Assembly (NCBI GenBank): GCA_964016885.1
Contig: OZ024741.1
Location: forward strand, 288,610,001 to 288,674,000
Reading direction: 5' to 3'
DNA length: 64,000 nucleotides
Origin: Eledone cirrhosa
Taxonomy: Eukaryota
The notes under the pieces were generated by a model, which was given only the letters and a program-made list of their open reading frames with translations, did no database searches and was not told the DNA's origin. The position numbers were made by a program, and so were the translations under genes. Shown here piece after piece: positions 59,513 through 64,000 of the stretch; the stretch's first letter is position 1, and every line of letters starts with the position of its first letter.

Positions 59513-60132
59513 TCTTATGAGAATGACAGAGTATTTTTTATTTCTTTTGTTAATGCTATATTTTTAGCGAGGACTTAAAGACACTCCAAACTGAAGTGTT
59601 GTTTGGAATTAAAAACAAACAAACCACAAGACGAAAACAACACACACAAAAACAAACAAACAAAAACAAACAAAAATAAGAAAATAAATAAACAAAAAAA
59701 AACAGTTAAACACAAAAAAAAAGACTAACAACTGAGCTATACTCTGTTGTACATTCTATACTATTGCATAACTGATGAGATCTAGGGAGTAATTATCATG
59801 ATTGTTCTATTAGTTTAGTTAGTCTTAATTTTCGTTGTTTTTGTTATTGTGTTGTTACTTATTGTTTATCTGTTCCTTTTCATTGGTTGATGTGTATTTG
59901 ATACTTAAAGTTCTGTGAACAGACAATACTTAACTCCCACTTCGTGACCTGACCTGCCTCACTTCTTCAGAAGTATTGATACTTAAGAAAAAAGGGCGAA
60001 CAAAATAAAGAATTGTCTCTGTTCAGTGCACTGGGCAAATCTACTTCACTTTACAGTGCAACAATGATTCTTATTCGTCTTGTCCCTCTTGTAATAAATA
60101 AATAAATAAATAAATAAATAAACAAACAAACG

Positions 60133-61033
60133 ATTCTTCTTCTTCTTCTTCTTCTTCTTCTTCTTCTTCTTCTTCTTCTTCTTCTTCTTCTTCTTCTTCT
60201 TCTTCTTCTTCTTCGCTCTTCCTCCAGGGAGAGAAGCGAAGAAGAAGAACTCCTCCTCCTCCACCTCCTCTCTAGGAGAGGAGGCTTCTTCTTCTCTTCT
60301 TCTTCTTCTTCTCTTCTTCTTCTTCGCCTCCGCCTCCGCCTCCTCCTCCTCCTCCTTCTTCTTCCTCTCCTCCTCCTACTCCTCTTCCTCTTCTTCTTCT
60401 TCTTCTTCCCCCCTCCTCCTCCTCCTCCTCCTCCTTCTTCTTCTTCTTCTTCTTCTTCTTCTTCTTCTTCTTCTTCTTCTTCTTCTTCTTCTCTTCTCCT
60501 CCTCCGCCTCTCCTCCTCCTCCTTCTTCTTCTTCTTCTTCTTCTTCTCTCCTCCTCCCCTCCTCCTCCTCCTCCTTCTTCTTCTTCTTCTTCTTCTTCTT
60601 CTTCTTCTTCTTCTTCTTCTTCTTCTTCTTCTTCTTCTACTTCTACTTCGCCTCTTCCTCCTCCTCCTCCTCCTTCTTCTTCTTCTTCTTCTTCTTCTTC
60701 TTCTTCTTCTTCTTCTTCTTCTTCTACTTCGCCTCTTCCTCCTCTCCTTCTTCCTCCTCCTCCTCCTCCTCCTCCTCCTCCTCCTCCTCCTCCTCCTTTT
60801 TCTCCTCCCCCTTCTTCTTCTTCTTCTTCTTCTTCTTCTTCTTCTTCTTCTTCTTCTTCTTCTTCCTTTTTCTTCTTCTTCGCCTCCGCCTCCTCCTCCT
60901 CCTCCTCCTCCTCCTCCTTCATCTTCTCCTCCTCCTACTTGTCCTCCTCCTCCTTCTTCTTCTTCTTCTTTCTTCCTTCTTCTTCTTCTTCGACTCCGCC
61001 TCCTCCTCCTCCTTCTTCCTCTTCTCCTCCTCC

Positions 61034-61064
<31 letters not shown>

Positions 61065-61411
61065 TCTTCTTCTTCTCCCCCTCCTCCTCCTTCTTCTTCT
61101 TCTTCTTCTTCTTCTTCTTCTCCCCCTCCTCCTCCTCTTCTTCTTCTTCTTCTTCTTCTTCTTCTTCTTCTTCTTCTTCTTCTTCTTCTTCTTCTTCTTC
61201 TCCTCCTTCTTCTTCTTCTTCTTCTTCTTCTTCTTCTTCTTCTTCTTCTTCTACTTCTTCTCCCCCTCCCCCTCCTCTTCCTACTCCCCCCCTTCCCCTT
61301 CTTCTTCTTCTTCTTCTTCTTCTTCTTCTTCTTCTTCTTCTTCTTCTTCTTCTTCTTCTTCTTCTTCTTCTTCTTCTTCTTCTTCTTCTTCTTCTTTGCT
61401 TTCTTCTTCTT
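60133..61411. repeat. 1.3-kb (TTC/TCC)n polypyrimidine tract
   Basis: Seen directly. Confidence 0.95.
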
Positions 61412-61980
61412 AGCCTACGCCGTCGTCACTGTATTACCAAGGACAGCTCTGTGCGACTTCGAGATGTGCAGCGTGGTGGTGTTTGGAGAAGTCATTTCAA
61501 TTGTATTGGGGGGAGTACTCTTCGTAATAAATGTGCAGTACCTAATAGTGTAACTGTGTGTATACTGTATATATTAGTGAGGCCTAGCGTTTTGGTTATG
61601 TGTCTGTCTGTGTGTGTTTTATCATTACCCGAGCATCTATTATTATAGGTACTGCGGGTGGTTTTCTGCTACCATGTGTAGTGTGCATATTGATATTATA
61701 TGCAATATAAACGTTATGATATAACGATGTAAATATATGAACATTTATATAAGCGATATAATATAGCGTCTGTTATATCATAACCGGAAGTATTGACATT
61801 TGAAAATGTTAAAAGAAGTGAATAAAAATATTTATGTTTAATCAACAGCTAGGAAATTTAGTACATAAATTATATAATATTTATTCATTATTTATTCACA
61901 GTAATCCAACTTGTTTTACTAACGGGATAACAAAATATATTCAGGACACAGTCCAGCACTCCTCCCTATAGTACATTATT

Positions 61981-62190
61981 CAGGTTATTTCTATCACTAG
62001 ATCTTTATATTTGGATAATTTCTCAATTTCATTGTAAGGATCTGTGGCGATTGATACATCAACTCAAAGACATTTTGTCTTTGTGGTCTTTGACTATAAT
62101 ATCCGATCGGTTGGCTTTGGCCTCTCTATCTGTGTATATTGGCGTATCCCAGAGTGTGGTTCGTGGCTTTGTCATTTTTCGAAACCTTTT
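61981..62190 (-). pseudogene. R4/Dong-like non-LTR retrotransposon restriction-like endonuclease remnant
   Basis: Minus translation LWDTPIYTDREAKANRSDIIVKDHKDK, frameshift, VDVSIATDP...EIEKLSKYKDLVIEI matches the LWD..I.TD....NRPDI...ID......EK..KY..L RLE signature. Confidence 0.75.
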
Positions 62191-62354
62191 CTGATGTGTG
62201 TCTGTACAATTTTTTTCTGGTATTTCGTAGTGTTGGCATGACTTTCAGTTATTCTTGGGCGAATATCTCCTCTATTGGGGAATTCTGTTGTTTTAATTTT
62301 TTTTTTTGCCCGATTATATAAATCGCCTCTCTCCTTGTCCATTTGTATTTTCCA

Positions 62355-62787
62355 TTGTTTGTTTTGCAGCATAAAGTTATAGTCCTTTATGTTCTGAATT
62401 CAAATCCCATAATAATAGATTTGCTTTTCATCCTTACGGGGTCGCTAAAATAAAGTACCAGTAACAGACTGGTGTCGATTTAATCGACTTTCTCCTTCCC
62501 CAAAATTACTGGCCTTGTGCCTATAGTAGAAATCATTATTATCATTATTGCATACAACAATGGCGGTGGATTGGCAAAATCTTTAAGCGTCGGAAAACTG
62601 CTTTGCAGTATTTGCTTTTACTCTTTACGTTCGGAGTTCAAATCCCACCGAAGGTAGTTTTGCTTTTCATCCTTATGTGGTTGATAAACTAAAGTAACAG
62701 TAAGGCACTGGGATCTATTTCATCGACTTTCCCCTTCCCTTCAAATTACTGGCCTTGTGCCTGCCAAATGTAGAAACAATTATTATT
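62355..62787 (+). mobile_element. Two tandem SINE copies (Deu/Nin-like core)
   Basis: Cores at about 62420-62462 and 62660-62702; second head TGGCGGTGGATTGGCA at 62561. Confidence 0.85.
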
Positions 62788-62793
62788 TCATAC

Positions 62794-62861
<68 letters not shown>

Positions 62862-63180
62862 AAATAAGTGGGCGAAGAAGAAGAAAAAGAATAAAAATAA
62901 AAATAAAAATAAAAATAAAAATAAAAATAAAAATAAAAATAAAAATAAAAATAAAAATAAAAATAAAAATAAAAATAAAAATAAAAATAAAAATAAAAAT
63001 AAAAATAAAAATAAAAATAAAAATAAAAATAAAAATAAAAATAAAAATAAAAATAAAAATAAAAAGAAGAAGAAGAAGAAGAAGAAGAAGAAGAAGAAGA
63101 AGAAGAAGAAGAAGAAAAAAAAATGAAAAAGAAGAAGAAGAAGAAGAAGAAGAAGAAGAAGAAGAAGAAGAAGAAGAAGA
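62794..63180. repeat. (TAG)n, (AAAAAT)n and (AAG)n compound microsatellite
   Basis: Seen directly. Confidence 0.95.
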
Positions 63181-63767
63181 ATTCTAACTTTCAGAAATCA
63201 ATCGTTTGCTGTAGAAAGGATGTGATGGTGATGTCGTATTCCTACAACGCTTGTTTAACCATCGAATCGATTTCAATTCCTAAGAGATCCAGTTTTACAC
63301 AAGTCCATAAAAGCTCCCGAGGAAAGTATAGACGACACAACATCCCATCTCCTCTCACACAGCTATAAAATATAAATGATTTATTATTATCATTTATTTT
63401 TTTTCGGTTTATAGACCTCCCTCATGTTTGTATTTTATTATTTCAACTAATAGTGTGGCTATGGAGAAAAGGATATCGGTTATCACATTAGGCTAATATC
63501 AATATATGCTTTGAGCGTCAGTAATGACCACTAAATGCAAGGCTGGAGGAAAACAACGAACAACAACGATCAAAGTTTGAATGTTTTAATAAATAGTAAC
63601 AACAGTAACAAGAATAACATCAACCATAACAACTAGAAAATTGATATACGTAGTGCATACTTACATGCACACATACACACACATTCGGCCACGCACATAC
63701 ACGCACATAAACGCACATACACGCACGAACGATATATACATATAATTTAAGAAGGAAATAAATATGC

Positions 63768-64000
<233 letters not shown>

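Overview
Eukaryotic, AT-rich, microsatellite-saturated DNA with no recognisable host exon; the SINE and repeat make-up suggests an octopus/coleoid cephalopod genome (inference). Almost all ORFs in the track are simple-repeat artefacts. Real coding remnants are all retroelement-derived: the 5' part of a Tx1/L1-clade LINE (ORF1 with CCHC knuckle plus frameshifted APE endonuclease, 1-2490, minus), a Penelope-like (PLE) RT-thumb/GIY-YIG remnant between long inverted repeats (27.7-29.3 kb), and fragments of RTE, Tx1, R4/Dong-like and CR1-like LINEs. There are about 20 copies of a tRNA-type SINE with a Deu/Nin-like core, and Helitron termini. The main hidden signal is that many short 'unique' islands between the (TA)n tracts carry type I hammerhead ribozyme (HHR) folds, from roughly ten sequence-distinct families. 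These occur as 320-430 bp tandem monomers (retrozyme-like) or as fold-back elements with a one-sided tail. Recurrent features are a U.U pair at the base of stem II, C3-G8/U3-A8 covariation, inversion points inside stem II, an octamer-containing block about 80 nt upstream of the core, a shared TGAGYRC tail motif, and apparent SINE/tRNA chimeras with the same architecture. Everything was read by eye; no search or folding program was run and boundaries may be off by a few bases.
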